NCBI GenBank assembly: GCA_945887855.1
Contig: CAMCZP010000011.1
Span: 2,466-66,465, forward strand
Source of the DNA: Leptospira interrogans serovar Manilae
GTDB lineage: Bacteria > Spirochaetota > Leptospiria > Leptospirales > Leptospiraceae
DNA: 64,000 bases
Reading direction: 5' to 3'
In this document: in pieces, positions 1 to 10,398 of the stretch
Layout: every line of letters begins with the position of its first letter
Position numbering within the stretch: position 1 is the first letter of the stretch
Position numbers and translations under genes: made by a program
The notes under the pieces: model-generated
Seen by the model: only the letters and a program-made list of their open reading frames with translations
Told to the model about the DNA's origin: nothing
Database searches by the model: none

Positions 1-60
1 AATACTTGCAATTTTTAATACAACACACTAAGATTCCAATAGAAAATTAAAGGAGAAACA

Positions 61-528
61 ATGAAAATAGATATAGGCATTTCAGAAGAAAGTAGAACTA
101 AAATTACCGAAGGGCTTTCCATTCTCTTAGCTGATACTTATACACTTTACCAAAAAACTCATGGCTACCATTGGAATGTAACAGGTTCTCAGTTTAATAC
201 TCTCCATACAATGTTTATGACACAGTATACTGAGCTATGGAACTCTATAGATCTAATTGCTGAAAGAATTCGTGCTTTAGGATCCTTTGCACCTGCAGGA
301 TACGCAGCTTATTCAAAACTTACTACAATAGAAGACGATATCAACGTACCTAACAGTGATACTATGATTGAAAATTTAGTAAAGGGCAATGAAGCAGTTA
401 TACGTACTTCAAGAAAAATACTTCCAGAAGTAGAAAAAGGAAATGACCAAGCAACACTTGACTTACTCACCCAAAGAATCAATATTCATGAAAAAACAGC
501 TTGGATGTTGAGATCACTTTTGGAATAA
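61..528 (+). CDS. dps: Dps family ferritin-like DNA-protection protein
   Basis: 155-aa ORF with AGGAGA just upstream. The N-terminal region [21 protein letters not shown]..FxxLHxMF is characteristic of Dps. Confidence 0.9.
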   Translation: MKIDIGISEESRTKITEGLSILLADTYTLYQKTHGYHWNVTGSQFNTLHTMFMTQYTELWNSIDLIAERIRALGSFAPAGYAAYSKLTTIEDDINVPNSDTMIENLVKGNEAVIRTSRKILPEVEKGNDQATLDLLTQRINIHEKTAWMLRSLLE

Positions 529-536
529 CAAAACCA

Positions 537-573
537 TTCCATACAAAATAGGAATAATAAATTTTGTATGGAA
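537..573. terminator. Hairpin between convergent dps and SDR genes (putative bidirectional terminator)
   Basis: 13-bp perfect stem 537-549 / 561-573 (TTCCATACAAAAT / ATTTTGTATGGAA) with an 11-nt loop. It sits in the 64-nt gap between two convergent stop codons. Confidence 0.5.
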
Positions 574-592
574 ATTCTTACCTTTATAAAAT

Positions 593-1333
593 CTACATAA
601 TCGTAGTTAAGCCACCATCAATTACAATTACCTGACCCGTCATATAGGAAGAAGCATCTGAAGCCAAAAAAATCGCTGCTCCTGCAATATCTTTAGGCTC
701 TCCCATACGTTTCATAGGAATTCCCTTTGACACACTCTCAAATACCTGTGGCTTATCTTTAATCATTTTATTCATATCCGTATCTATAAAACCGGGACAT
801 ATAGCATTCAATCTAAATTTATTATTAATCCATTCAGCTGCAAGCGATTTGGTCAATTGTATTGCAGCACCTTTTGTTCCAGAATAAATGGAAGATAAAG
901 AGTACCCCACCAGACCTAAGATAGAGGAAATATTGATTATATTTCCTCCAATAAGCTTATGGGACTTGTAGTACGATTGACAAGTTCTAAACATTCCAAC
1001 AAAATTTGTATCAATAATTTTATAAATGTCTTCTTCTTTAAATGCAGATGCAGGAATGTTCACAGCAATACCTGCATTATTAATTAAGCAATCTAGTTTA
1101 CCATGGCGGGATTTAATTTCGTCAATAATATTTGTCATACTACCTGCTAATTTTATATCAGCTACCCTACCTTCCATTCCAGTGCCTTTCATCCATTCTA
1201 TACTCTCCTCTTTGCTACCAGTTCCGTAAACAATTGCCCCCGCTTTCGAAAACTCTTCCGCCATAGACCTTCCAATTCCCCTACTGGCTCCTGTTATAAG
1301 TACTGTCCTTCCATTTATATCAAATAATCCCAT
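593..1333 (-). CDS. Short-chain dehydrogenase/reductase (FabG-like)
   Basis: 246 aa. Cofactor motif TGASRGIG, NNAG, and catalytic YSGTKGA (YxxxK). Confidence 0.85.
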   Translation of the reverse strand: MGLFDINGRTVLITGASRGIGRSMAEEFSKAGAIVYGTGSKEESIEWMKGTGMEGRVADIKLAGSMTNIIDEIKSRHGKLDCLINNAGIAVNIPASAFKEEDIYKIIDTNFVGMFRTCQSYYKSHKLIGGNIINISSILGLVGYSLSSIYSGTKGAAIQLTKSLAAEWINNKFRLNAICPGFIDTDMNKMIKDKPQVFESVSKGIPMKRMGEPKDIAGAAIFLASDASSYMTGQVIVIDGGLTTIM

Positions 1334-1351
1334 TATTCTCCCCTACATTTA

Positions 1352-2452
1352 TTATTCTTCACTGAGTCCCAAAAATTTAATAAATTTTTCCCTATTTTGT
1401 CTTACATCAGTTGGTATTTTCGTCAATGATACAGTTCCTAGATTCATACATTTTGTATTTCCCTTATCATCAGGAAGAACAAATACTCTATCTCCGGTTG
1501 GTTTGATTTCTTGCGATACACTAATATTGCCCTTCTGGTCCATTGCAATCACTTTTACAGATTTATTCCGAACAGTATTCATTGTAAATTCATTTGTAGT
1601 AAAATTTTTAACAATAGATCCTTTGTAATCAATCCCAACAACAGCGACTGTATACGGTGGGTTCTTTTCCATCACTTCAATTGAACCCTGAAGGCAGGTT
1701 GTATCAAAATTTGGATTTTTAAAACCCCAGATTTGGATATCATCCAAAAGAGATGAAAATCTATTTTTGGGCTCATCACCAGAGAGAGGCTTTTCTTCCA
1801 TTCCTTTCTCCACCCATGCATCTCTAGTTTCATCTATCTTGAAAACTTTCATTTGCTTACCATCCTTGTTGGGTAGGGAAAATTTAATTCGTGCCCCTTT
1901 TTTTAGCACAAGTGGTTTAGAATAATAACTTATACTTAGTCGTATCATTCCGCCAGACTCTAAGATGGAGGTAGCACCTTTGGAATCCGTATATATCTGC
2001 TCAATACCAGAAGTTAAAAAATCTAAATCATTGGTATACTCTGTCAATTCTAGTAATACAATATCACCTTTTCGAAAACTCATTGGAAGAGAAATGGAAT
2101 TGGCAGGAATTGAAATGGTACTACCATACTTACCGCTTATTAGATTATCCGATTGCGGTATGATTTGAAACTCTTGTTTCTCAGGTAAATACATGGTTAA
2201 AAATGGAGGGATATAATTTTTTGATGGCTTTGGAAAATTATTTTCAATTTGTTGTGGTTTTCTATCAGCTGAATCAAGGCTCCAAAGTTTCTCAATTCTT
2301 TTGGCGTCATACTCATCTACAGAATATATACTCATTGCGGGAATAGATAAAAGAATTAGAAGTGGGAGTGAAATAATTATGGGAAAGAAGGCAATAAAAT
2401 CTCCTAAAAATTGGTAGGATTTTTTCATTTTTTTACAAATTGTTATCACCAT
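1352..2452 (-). CDS. Hypothetical membrane-anchored protein
   Basis: 366-aa ORF with one N-terminal hydrophobic helix (FIAFFPIIISLPLLILLSIPA). No recognisable catalytic motif. Confidence 0.45.
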   Translation of the reverse strand: MVITICKKMKKSYQFLGDFIAFFPIIISLPLLILLSIPAMSIYSVDEYDAKRIEKLWSLDSADRKPQQIENNFPKPSKNYIPPFLTMYLPEKQEFQIIPQSDNLISGKYGSTISIPANSISLPMSFRKGDIVLLELTEYTNDLDFLTSGIEQIYTDSKGATSILESGGMIRLSISYYSKPLVLKKGARIKFSLPNKDGKQMKVFKIDETRDAWVEKGMEEKPLSGDEPKNRFSSLLDDIQIWGFKNPNFDTTCLQGSIEVMEKNPPYTVAVVGIDYKGSIVKNFTTNEFTMNTVRNKSVKVIAMDQKGNISVSQEIKPTGDRVFVLPDDKGNTKCMNLGTVSLTKIPTDVRQNREKFIKFLGLSEE

Positions 2453-2588
2453 AAAATTTATTTTTCTCCTATATACATATCGGTTGATTTTCTTTTTTGA
2501 TTAGAACCTTCAAAATTGCAGATCCAACTGCTTTTTTCATAGTAAAAAAATTCACAAGAAAAACCCTGTATAGAGGGGTATACAAAGG

Positions 2589-3365
2589 TTGGAATTACGG
2601 GAAGCAATACACAAAAGGAGGACTAGTAACAGTGCTTTTTTAAACAAACCTCTCACCGAAAACCATATCAAAGAGATAATTCTTGCAGCCAACCATGCTC
2701 CATCTCACTTCAATAGCCAACCCTGGGATTTTATACTGGTCACTGATCCAAATTTTAGGAACCAAATAGGAAAAATAGCGGGATTCTCAATGGAAAAATT
2801 AATGGAGAGAGGTGATTTCTTTGAACGTTATAGAAAGTACTTTAGATTTTCCAATGAGGAAATCAAATCTTTAAAATCTGGAATTCACATTGATAAAATA
2901 CCTTTCTTACTCCAGCCCTTTGCAAAATTTTTAATGGGAGAGAATGGAAAATCTATTCTAAACTTTTTTGGAGTTCCCAAAATACTGGGTAAGGATGCTG
3001 AAAAAATTGTATCGGGCTCCCCCCTCCTTCTAGGATTTATGCTCAATCGAGAAGAATACAAACCCGGTGAAAAATCGGGGATCTATTCTTTGATCTCTAT
3101 GGGGGCGGCACTCCAAAATATCTGGCTGACAGCCACCTCTTTGGGGATAGGCTTGCAATTTGTATCCACACCGATGGAAGTCCCAGAGGAATGGAATAAA
3201 ATTATCTCTCTCCTTCAGGTACCCAACACACACGAACTAATGGCAGTGTATCGCCTGGGTTATACAGATCCATCCATCCAACGAAATACGATAGATTGGG
3301 TGAGTGATGAAAGAAAACAATTTGAAGATCTTATTAGCTGGGATTTTTATGGAAATAAGAAATAG
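2589..3365 (+). CDS. Nitroreductase-family flavoprotein
   Basis: 258 aa with a TTG start as tracked. RRTSNxF...APSxxNSQPW motif near the N-terminus, typical of the nitroreductase fold. Confidence 0.7.
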   Translation: MELREAIHKRRTSNSAFLNKPLTENHIKEIILAANHAPSHFNSQPWDFILVTDPNFRNQIGKIAGFSMEKLMERGDFFERYRKYFRFSNEEIKSLKSGIHIDKIPFLLQPFAKFLMGENGKSILNFFGVPKILGKDAEKIVSGSPLLLGFMLNREEYKPGEKSGIYSLISMGAALQNIWLTATSLGIGLQFVSTPMEVPEEWNKIISLLQVPNTHELMAVYRLGYTDPSIQRNTIDWVSDERKQFEDLISWDFYGNKK

Positions 3366-3387
3366 AACATAACTTCTATTTCTTATT
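3354..3387. terminator. Hairpin spanning the nitroreductase stop codon (putative bidirectional terminator)
   Basis: 14-bp perfect stem AATAAGAAATAGAA (3354-3367) / TTCTATTTCTTATT (3374-3387) with a 6-nt loop. It lies between convergent genes. Confidence 0.55.
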
Positions 3388-3402
3388 CTTTGATCAAAAT
3401 TT

Positions 3403-4032
3403 CTATCTAACTGCTCCGTTGTTGTACTTTTTTAGGTAAACATAACTTTCACTTACTAAATCTTTGACTATAACTTCATAAGGAATTGGAACCAATCCGT
3501 TTTTATGTTTAACTTTTGTGATCCACTTCCATGTTAATTTTTTTGTATCAAACAATCCCATGGTTACCTGTACTTCCCCGGAATCTTCGTACTCTTTTTT
3601 ATCAGCTGTGACCAGAGCGATTGCAAATGCACCATCCCCAAATGTTTTAGTAATAGTTTCTAATACTTTGGTTAATGTGGGATTGGTTTGCTCTACCGCT
3701 GAAACACCATCGGCTGCTGTGATAAATGCATCCATTGCAGGGTATACATTTGGAATTTTATCCAATCCCACTTTTGGAATGATGATTATATTTTCAGCAC
3801 CCAAATCACTAGCCCAATTTTTTCCAAAGAGTACATCTATCATTGGATTAGAATAGGATGTGTTTGCTGGCTTAATTTTATTACCATCCCACAAGAGCAT
3901 TGGAAATGCCAATATCTTACTCTTAGATGTATCCACATCTTTTCTGCTGTACACAGAAATTTCCCTATCCGATGCACAGTTTGCAAACAATACAACAAAC
4001 AACGCCAGTAATAAATTCAAATGAAGCTTCAT
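3403..4032 (-). CDS. Hypothetical lipoprotein
   Basis: 209 aa. Signal peptide ending LFANC (lipobox-like Cys). Confidence 0.55.
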   Translation of the reverse strand: MKLHLNLLLALFVVLFANCASDREISVYSRKDVDTSKSKILAFPMLLWDGNKIKPANTSYSNPMIDVLFGKNWASDLGAENIIIIPKVGLDKIPNVYPAMDAFITAADGVSAVEQTNPTLTKVLETITKTFGDGAFAIALVTADKKEYEDSGEVQVTMGLFDTKKLTWKWITKVKHKNGLVPIPYEVIVKDLVSESYVYLKKYNNGAVR

Positions 4033-4151
4033 AAATCTTCTCCTTTTTTTGCAAACACCCCTTAAAAGTTGCGGGATGTTTGTTTTATATATATAGGAAG
4101 GGATCTACTTTATTTCATTTTAGGATTTTTTTAATGCAATTCCTAACATTT

Positions 4152-5486
4152 TTATCCTGAGATTGTCATCTCTGAGACCAGTATATCGGGAACTTTCATT
4201 GAACTATAGGAATCGGAATACTCATTGGAAAGATCTTCTATTTTATGTAGTACATCAAAATAATTTCCAGAGAGAGTGATTTTATCGAGTGGACGTATTC
4301 TAATTCCATTTTGGTAGAGAAACCCCTGAACTCCTATAGAGATGTCCCCGGAGATGGCAGAGCATCCACTCCCGCCCTCCAAACGTGTGATATAAATACA
4401 TTCTGGGTACGCTCGGAGAAGTCTAGTAAGCGTGGATTCTCCTTTTTTAACAAAGAGATTTGATACACCCGTGCCAGCTTTTCCAGCATAGGAACGACTG
4501 CCATGACCCGTGGGATTGACTTTATCTTTGTATGCGGATTCTAGATTGTAAAGAAAAGTATTTAATTTTCCATTTGAGATCAATTCTAGTTTTTCTGTGG
4601 GAACACCCTCCCCATCATAGAGCCTAGATCCTGGCATACCCTCTATATGAGGATCCAAAAGAATACTAAATAATTCGGAGGAGATTTTTTCACCCACTTT
4701 TCCTGTAAGTCTGGACTGACCTTTTTGTACTACATCTGCAAAGTAGGGAGATAAGAACATACCAATAATTGAAGGTGATACGCGGTTGCTAAATACAACA
4801 GGGTACATGCCTCCCTGGACTGAACTGGCACCCAAGAGTTCAGTGGCACGGGTGACCGCCTCCCCTGCCATAAATTCAGGATTAAATTCTGAAAATGACT
4901 TATAGGAATTGGAATAAAAACCCATTTTTTTTTGTTCACCCTGTGATGCAGTTACACCCACATAAGCCGAAGCAGAATTTGACTTTCTATCAAATGCAAC
5001 TCCCTTGGAATTACGAAAAACGGAAAAACTCTCCGATTTGGAAACTCCAAGATATGGCACATTTTCAACTCTGATATCTTTTAACTTTGCAATTTTTTCT
5101 AGTTCCAATCCCAGATGGATCATATTTTCAAAACTTACTTCATTTACACCCGGGTCATAGATCTTTAAATCAAATTCATGTATGGTTTGTTTCTCGGGCA
5201 ATTCTAACTCCATTGAATCCGTAATTTCTGAATTAGAGATCGCATCTTCGAGTGTTTGGATGAGGGATTGGGAAGAGAGTTTTTCGGTGAATGAAATTCC
5301 GGGTCTTCCCTCTCTAAATATTCGAATCCCAATTCCACTACCATAGGATATCTCTGTGTTTTGAACCTTGGATTCAAAAATCTCCAAACCGGTAGATTCA
5401 GAGATACCTCCCACTATATCAAAAACCTTCAATCCTTTTTCAACTGCTTTGTCATACAAATAATCTGCTGCGTCGGAAAGTTTCAT
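4152..5486 (-). CDS. pmbA: PmbA/TldE metalloprotease partner subunit
   Basis: 444 aa with a TldD/PmbA-family layout. The start ATG overlaps the tldD stop by 1 nt (TAATG at 5484-5488, minus strand). Confidence 0.85.
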   Translation of the reverse strand: MKLSDAADYLYDKAVEKGLKVFDIVGGISESTGLEIFESKVQNTEISYGSGIGIRIFREGRPGISFTEKLSSQSLIQTLEDAISNSEITDSMELELPEKQTIHEFDLKIYDPGVNEVSFENMIHLGLELEKIAKLKDIRVENVPYLGVSKSESFSVFRNSKGVAFDRKSNSASAYVGVTASQGEQKKMGFYSNSYKSFSEFNPEFMAGEAVTRATELLGASSVQGGMYPVVFSNRVSPSIIGMFLSPYFADVVQKGQSRLTGKVGEKISSELFSILLDPHIEGMPGSRLYDGEGVPTEKLELISNGKLNTFLYNLESAYKDKVNPTGHGSRSYAGKAGTGVSNLFVKKGESTLTRLLRAYPECIYITRLEGGSGCSAISGDISIGVQGFLYQNGIRIRPLDKITLSGNYFDVLHKIEDLSNEYSDSYSSMKVPDILVSEMTISG

Positions 5487-6865
5487 TATCTACCACCCAC
5501 TAAAATTTCATCCACTTTGAGAGAAGGTTGTCCTACGGTTACGGGGATTGATCCCGAAGCAGCACCACACATCCCGGCGGCTATTTCCAAATCAGTTCCC
5601 ACCATGGAAATCATAGGGAGAATTTCATGACCCTTTCCAATCAATGTAGCTCCTCGAACGGGAACAGTTATTTTTCCAGATTTGATGATGTATCCTTCTT
5701 CCACTGCAAAGTTAAATTCTCCCGTGGCAGGATTGACAGAACCTCCTCCCATTTTTAGAGCATAGAGACCATCTTCCACTGTGGAAATCATAGCTTCCAG
5801 GGAATCTTTGCCCGCAGCGATGTATGTATTTCTCATTCGTGATACAGGAGCATATACATAGGATTCTCTTCTAGCGCTACCCGTGAGGGGAACGCCCACT
5901 TCAGAAGCTCCAATTCTATCGGAAAGATAATTTTTTAAGATTCCATTTTCAATCAAAACTGTTTTTTGTGGGGGTGTACCTTCATCATCCACATTGATAG
6001 ATCCCCATGAGTTGGGAATTGTGCCATCGTCAATGGCTGTAAGACAGCTCTGGGCAATGTTCTTTCCCATCTTGTCGGTAAAGGGGGATGATTTCTTACG
6101 AATTGCTTCTGTCTCTAATGGGTGCCCACATGCCTCATGAAAGATAACTCCGCCAAATCCATTTCCCATGATCACGGGCATTTTTTTCCCCTTGATATAC
6201 CCCGCATCCAGCATTCGGAGTGCCCTTTCCCCTGCACTCCTGCCCAAATCCTCGGTGTTGAGAGACTCAAAAAATTCAAAGCCGCGACCAGCCCCAGGAG
6301 TTTCGGTTCCCGTAAATATTTCTTTTCCATCGGATGCTGTCACACTGAGGGTGAATCGGGAATGAACCCGATGATCTGTGAGGTACAAACCCTCGCTATT
6401 GATGATCTGGATATCGGAGACAGAGTCAAATGCCCTTGCGTTTACCTGGACTATTTTTGAACTGAGTGCCCGTGCAGACTGGTCTGCCTGTTTGAGAAGG
6501 GGAAGTTTTTTTGATTGGCTGATTGTTCGGGGATCCAACGCTATCATTTGACCATTGACTTTCTGGCTCCTGTCGGGTAGGACAAATGCGCCATTCCCAA
6601 TTGAACTAGGACGTGTCTTTGAAAGCTTCTGGATGAGTCCTATGAGATATTCAATCTCTTCGTTGCTGGTGCTGGCATAGAGGACATCCGTTCCATAGAT
6701 AAGACGGATTCCTATTCCAAAATCGGTTCCGGCTGTTGCTGTCTCTACTTTTTTGTCGGAAAATGCAATCGAGGAATGCCTGGTCTCCTCCACAAAAATT
6801 TCTGTAAAATCTGCCCCACACTCTCTACCTGCCTCTAAAATCCGTGCTGCTTTCAATGTGTCCAC
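5486..6865 (-). CDS. tldD: TldD zinc metalloprotease
   Basis: 459 aa. HEACGHPLE metal-binding motif and the glycine-rich C-terminal TldD fold. Confidence 0.9.
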   Translation of the reverse strand: MDTLKAARILEAGRECGADFTEIFVEETRHSSIAFSDKKVETATAGTDFGIGIRLIYGTDVLYASTSNEEIEYLIGLIQKLSKTRPSSIGNGAFVLPDRSQKVNGQMIALDPRTISQSKKLPLLKQADQSARALSSKIVQVNARAFDSVSDIQIINSEGLYLTDHRVHSRFTLSVTASDGKEIFTGTETPGAGRGFEFFESLNTEDLGRSAGERALRMLDAGYIKGKKMPVIMGNGFGGVIFHEACGHPLETEAIRKKSSPFTDKMGKNIAQSCLTAIDDGTIPNSWGSINVDDEGTPPQKTVLIENGILKNYLSDRIGASEVGVPLTGSARRESYVYAPVSRMRNTYIAAGKDSLEAMISTVEDGLYALKMGGGSVNPATGEFNFAVEEGYIIKSGKITVPVRGATLIGKGHEILPMISMVGTDLEIAAGMCGAASGSIPVTVGQPSLKVDEILVGGR

Positions 6866-7026
6866 ACTTGCCTCCGCCCTTATTAGACAGATTCTAATAT
6901 TCTAATTGGAAATCAATTGAGTTTTTTGAGAGTAACGGGATGATGCTTTCTTTTGACAGAAATTCCCACCCAGCTCATAGTATTGGGTGTGGAATCATAA
7001 ATGATAAAATTTTAAATTATAATATT

Positions 7027-8199
7027 TTATAGTGTTTTATTTAGTTTAAAATTAAAGATTTGGGTTGTTCCCACCTGAGGTCCATTCAAATGCTGATATA
7101 CAGGAACTCCACCTTCGAGGGCGATATTAATATCACTCCATAAATTTATATTAATCCCGATTAAACCATCATATCTTATTCCACCCTGTCTTGCAGGATC
7201 ATTTTGAGGATCCATTCTATAATCGAGTTTGGGATCACTCCCAGAAATATTTTCCCACTTTTGGGCAGATCCTCTTACATATAATGAAAAATTGTGTGCT
7301 ACATTTCTTCCAATCCAAATCGAAGAAATATAAATATTCCCAAATTTGTAACCATTATCATTTTTCGCACTTCTAAATGTTCCCTGAACAAAGCTTCCAA
7401 ATGTCCAGGCACCGACCAAATAGCTATAGGAAATAGAAGGTATTGCACTATATGTCCCACTTCCCGTTTGCATATTATAGGGTGATCTGGTCTTTCCCAT
7501 GAGTGGCATATAGTTTTCTAAATCTATACTACCAGTAGGCAATGATACACCAAATTGAAAGGCTAAATTATTTTTTCCTTCCAGAATTTTATATGATCCT
7601 GTAACAGAAATATCTCCTACCCCAGATGTCTTCATAAAACTTGTTTCATAATTGGATGAAAACATTCTCATTGTACTACTTAAATAAGGAAGCATAAACA
7701 TTATATTAAATTTCTCTGTAGCCTGGTACATCAAACTCGCCATATTCATTTGCATAAACATTGCCTCCGGTGCTGACATATATTTATAGGAATTATATCT
7801 TAAAACTGGTATTACCTGAGTGGGAGTGAGGGCATATGAAGAAGCAGTTGTATGGGAAGCATGATCCGAAGTACCTGTTACAACTGTTGTATTGTATTGA
7901 TTTACAAGTAATAATTGCAATGGATCGACCCGATTTTTTCCCATCATAACTTGATTCATATTCATATTCATAGATTGCAAATCTACCATCCATTTACCTA
8001 CAGTCATAGAATGGGGTATCATGAGCCCTGCGGGAATTATACCTTTGTGAGTATGATCACTACTCTCCTCATGATTGTGTGAATTTTTAGAATCATTTTG
8101 CATTTCTTTCTTTATCTCCTGACTGTAAATTGGAGAAAGAAGTAGCATAATAAAGACAATAAATATAAATTGTAGTACTTTTTTATAAATGTATTTCAC
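7027..8199 (-). CDS. Putative outer-membrane beta-barrel protein, Met- and His-rich (MetA-pathway/transporter-family-like)
   Basis: 390 aa with a signal peptide and the His cluster NSHNHEESSDHTHKG. About 26 Met by my count, mostly in the first half (SMNMNMNQVMMG, AMFMQMNMASLM). The remainder has an alternating beta-strand pattern. Confidence 0.5.
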   Translation of the reverse strand: MKYIYKKVLQFIFIVFIMLLLSPIYSQEIKKEMQNDSKNSHNHEESSDHTHKGIIPAGLMIPHSMTVGKWMVDLQSMNMNMNQVMMGKNRVDPLQLLLVNQYNTTVVTGTSDHASHTTASSYALTPTQVIPVLRYNSYKYMSAPEAMFMQMNMASLMYQATEKFNIMFMLPYLSSTMRMFSSNYETSFMKTSGVGDISVTGSYKILEGKNNLAFQFGVSLPTGSIDLENYMPLMGKTRSPYNMQTGSGTYSAIPSISYSYLVGAWTFGSFVQGTFRSAKNDNGYKFGNIYISSIWIGRNVAHNFSLYVRGSAQKWENISGSDPKLDYRMDPQNDPARQGGIRYDGLIGININLWSDINIALEGGVPVYQHLNGPQVGTTQIFNFKLNKTL

Positions 8200-8245
8200 T
8201 ATAAACCTTTTTAAATGACTAATTATTTTACTAACTATAAATTAT

Positions 8246-8278
8246 AGTATGGATACAGACAATACCTGCATCCATACT
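8246..8278 (-). terminator. Hairpin downstream of the beta-propeller gene
   Basis: 9-bp perfect stem AGTATGGAT / ATCCATACT (8246-8254 / 8270-8278) with a 15-nt loop. The U-run on the minus strand is weak. Confidence 0.35.
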
Positions 8279-8284
8279 TTTTAA

Positions 8285-9628
8285 TTAATGAGCGTGTGTT
8301 CCTAGGTGTCCAATGGAAACTGAATTAATTCCAGAGGGTGCTCCTCCGAGAGAAATTGTTTTTGAAATATTTCCATTTGCGTCCAGTACATACAAATTCC
8401 CATCTACATCACTAGGAATATATATATTCATAAGAGCTGAACCATGAGTAATCCCTACCGTTCCCCTATGATTTTTTTGGGTTGCACCAATAGTTACTTC
8501 TTTTAAGACCTTTAGACTCGTAGGATCCGTTGTATCTATTACTTCCAGCTTATCTTTATAGAGAGGTATTTTTCCATAACCTAGTGAAGTAGCCACAAAT
8601 ACTCTATTACCAGCAGGGCTGATGAAGAAATTATCTGGTGATACATCTGGTAAATCCAAAGAACTTACAGTTTTATCACTCAAACGAACTGTTATAATTT
8701 TACCTGTAATTGCCCCTGCTGTTCCTGTAGTAGCTGTTCCTGTCACAGAGCCTTTCGTCACAAAATATTTTCCATCTTCGCTTACATAGGCTGTTCCTGA
8801 TTTTGTGGTATTGATGATAGTTTGACTATAGCTAGTGGGATCTATTTCTAACACTGTACCTTGAGTTTGGTTAGAGTTGTAGATTTTTTTAGTCACACTA
8901 GAATAAGCCAACCCATGTGGACCAGCAACTACTCCATTTACTGCCGCTAAAGTAATTGTGCTCAAAAGAGTCAGGTAGGTAGCAGAAGTGGGATCATTGT
9001 CAATCACTTTAATAGTATTACCCGTGATACTACTTATAAATGCTCTATTAGGACTTGTGCTAAAAGCCATCTTATGGTGACCCTGATCAAGACAAATATT
9101 TTTTAAAGCAGTTGCGGGATTAACATTTCCTGAAGCATCTTTGATAATCGTTACACTTGAATCGAACGTACAACCTGTTGTAGTAGTTGTGCCTCCGTCA
9201 TTTAAAACCCATACAGTATTGGTGTCTGAATGTGTATACATGTGAACTGGATTTTTTCCCTGAGCTGTGACTGTTTGTATTAAACTTGGAGTAGAAGTTG
9301 ATGTAATACTAGCATCAATAACTGCTATATCACCTGTGGAGCTAAAACCTATATAGCAATGGTAGTTTGCAGTACAGGCTACTTCTCCAGGATTTACTGA
9401 AAAAGGGATACTCCCTGAGTACGTACTGTCTGACATATTTGTATGTTTTACAATATCTAATTTTCCGGTATTGGAAATAAAAACATAACCAGCAGAGCCC
9501 ATTCCATAAGCGAGACTCATCATCATCATACTTTTGTTTTTCTCATTTGCAGAATCTGTGGATAAAGTGCAAAAAGAGAAAGATAACATTATAATAAAAG
9601 CGTATAACTTATTCATATACATCTCCAA
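8285..9628 (-). CDS. Beta-propeller repeat lipoprotein (YncE/YVTN-like)
   Basis: 447 aa. Signal peptide with FSFC, then recurring ~40-residue blade-like repeats (..P.G.a.s....iyv.n...g.v.viD..). MMMM run near the N-terminus; the C-terminus ends HLGTHAH. Confidence 0.55.
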   Translation of the reverse strand: MEMYMNKLYAFIIMLSFSFCTLSTDSANEKNKSMMMMSLAYGMGSAGYVFISNTGKLDIVKHTNMSDSTYSGSIPFSVNPGEVACTANYHCYIGFSSTGDIAVIDASITSTSTPSLIQTVTAQGKNPVHMYTHSDTNTVWVLNDGGTTTTTGCTFDSSVTIIKDASGNVNPATALKNICLDQGHHKMAFSTSPNRAFISSITGNTIKVIDNDPTSATYLTLLSTITLAAVNGVVAGPHGLAYSSVTKKIYNSNQTQGTVLEIDPTSYSQTIINTTKSGTAYVSEDGKYFVTKGSVTGTATTGTAGAITGKIITVRLSDKTVSSLDLPDVSPDNFFISPAGNRVFVATSLGYGKIPLYKDKLEVIDTTDPTSLKVLKEVTIGATQKNHRGTVGITHGSALMNIYIPSDVDGNLYVLDANGNISKTISLGGAPSGINSVSIGHLGTHAH

Positions 9629-9811
9629 TGTAATATATTAATAATATTTTTTGGAAAAAATCTTTTTGATTTATAATTAGTCCGGAACAATCAAATAGAA
9701 TGCCACGAAATCCAATATATAATCTAAAGTTTTTTATATTTTGTGTTTTTATAATGATTTAGTAATAATATAAATTATAACTAAACATATAAGAATTTTG
9801 TCCTAAGTAAA

Positions 9812-10204
9812 TTAGGAATTTAAGATGGGAGGTCTAAAAATTTTAGAGGGATATTCAGGAGAGTGTGAAGATATAAAGACAGTGATTTCCTTCAATTCAT
9901 TGAAGAGAGGATCTATCATTAGATTGGTGGAGACAACGTACTGCAAGACTCCATAAAAAGCAAAAGCCACTTTTTGTACGTCAGACTTTTTGCAAACACA
10001 CCTATGGGGTGTAGAATGAGAATTGTGACAATCTTTTTTATCAATCGAAGCAGAGTGGGATGCTTCATGCTTTTCTGCCGTTGAACTGTGGTTACATTTA
10101 CAAATGATTGAATTGGCAAAATACCCTGAGAAACAGAGATTTTGAAAGAATAGACTTAAAAATAAAGTTATTATGCCCAGAATTGATCCGATTTTCAAAA
10201 CCAT
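9812..10204 (-). CDS. Small membrane protein with a His/Cys-rich segment
   Basis: 130 aa. N-terminal TM helix followed by CKCNHSSTAEKHEASHSASIDKKDCHNSHSTPHRCVCKK. No family recognised. Confidence 0.4.
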   Translation of the reverse strand: MVLKIGSILGIITLFLSLFFQNLCFSGYFANSIICKCNHSSTAEKHEASHSASIDKKDCHNSHSTPHRCVCKKSDVQKVAFAFYGVLQYVVSTNLMIDPLFNELKEITVFISSHSPEYPSKIFRPPILNS

Positions 10205-10398
10205 TGAGAACAGTATTATATTTGTGAAGAAGTTGTAAATATATTTTTCCTATCAAAATTTATTTTAAGCAGTGGGGTAAGATTAGAAAAAAAGAGAAAT
10301 ACATCATTCTATTCTGTCCGAAATATAAGTTATTGTTAGGTAGCCTAAAAAAATTACTTTCTAAAAAACTACCATTCTATAGAATATAAATAGAGCCA

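Noticed and set aside
3518-3856. Shadow ORFs inside other confident genes, for example 3518-3856, 6122-6460, 25045-25503, 37023-37337, 38654-38971, 40396-40740 and 41445-41744
   Set aside because: Each is antisense to, or out of frame within, a longer ORF with better family evidence. None has a recognisable domain.
4052-4082. Hairpin CAAACACCCC...GGGATGTTTG between pmbA and the lipoprotein gene
   Set aside because: The stem is reasonable (9 bp plus one C-A mismatch), but the T-run lies on the plus strand while both flanking genes are on the minus strand. It is therefore not a convincing terminator for either, and its function is unclear.
2589-6865. Possible TOMM/microcin-B17-like RiPP locus (nitroreductase-family dehydrogenase near TldD/PmbA, the known microcin-processing protease)
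   Set aside because: There is no YcaO/cyclodehydratase gene and no plausible Cys/Ser/Gly-rich precursor peptide. The genes are on opposite strands separated by a terminator hairpin. TldD/PmbA are common housekeeping genes.
9629-9811. Fur-box-like string TATAATGATTTAGTAATAAT upstream of the beta-propeller gene
   Set aside because: Only the first ~9 positions match the 19-bp Fur consensus. AT-rich spacers generate such partial matches by chance. It remains only a weak hint for the metal-cluster hypothesis.
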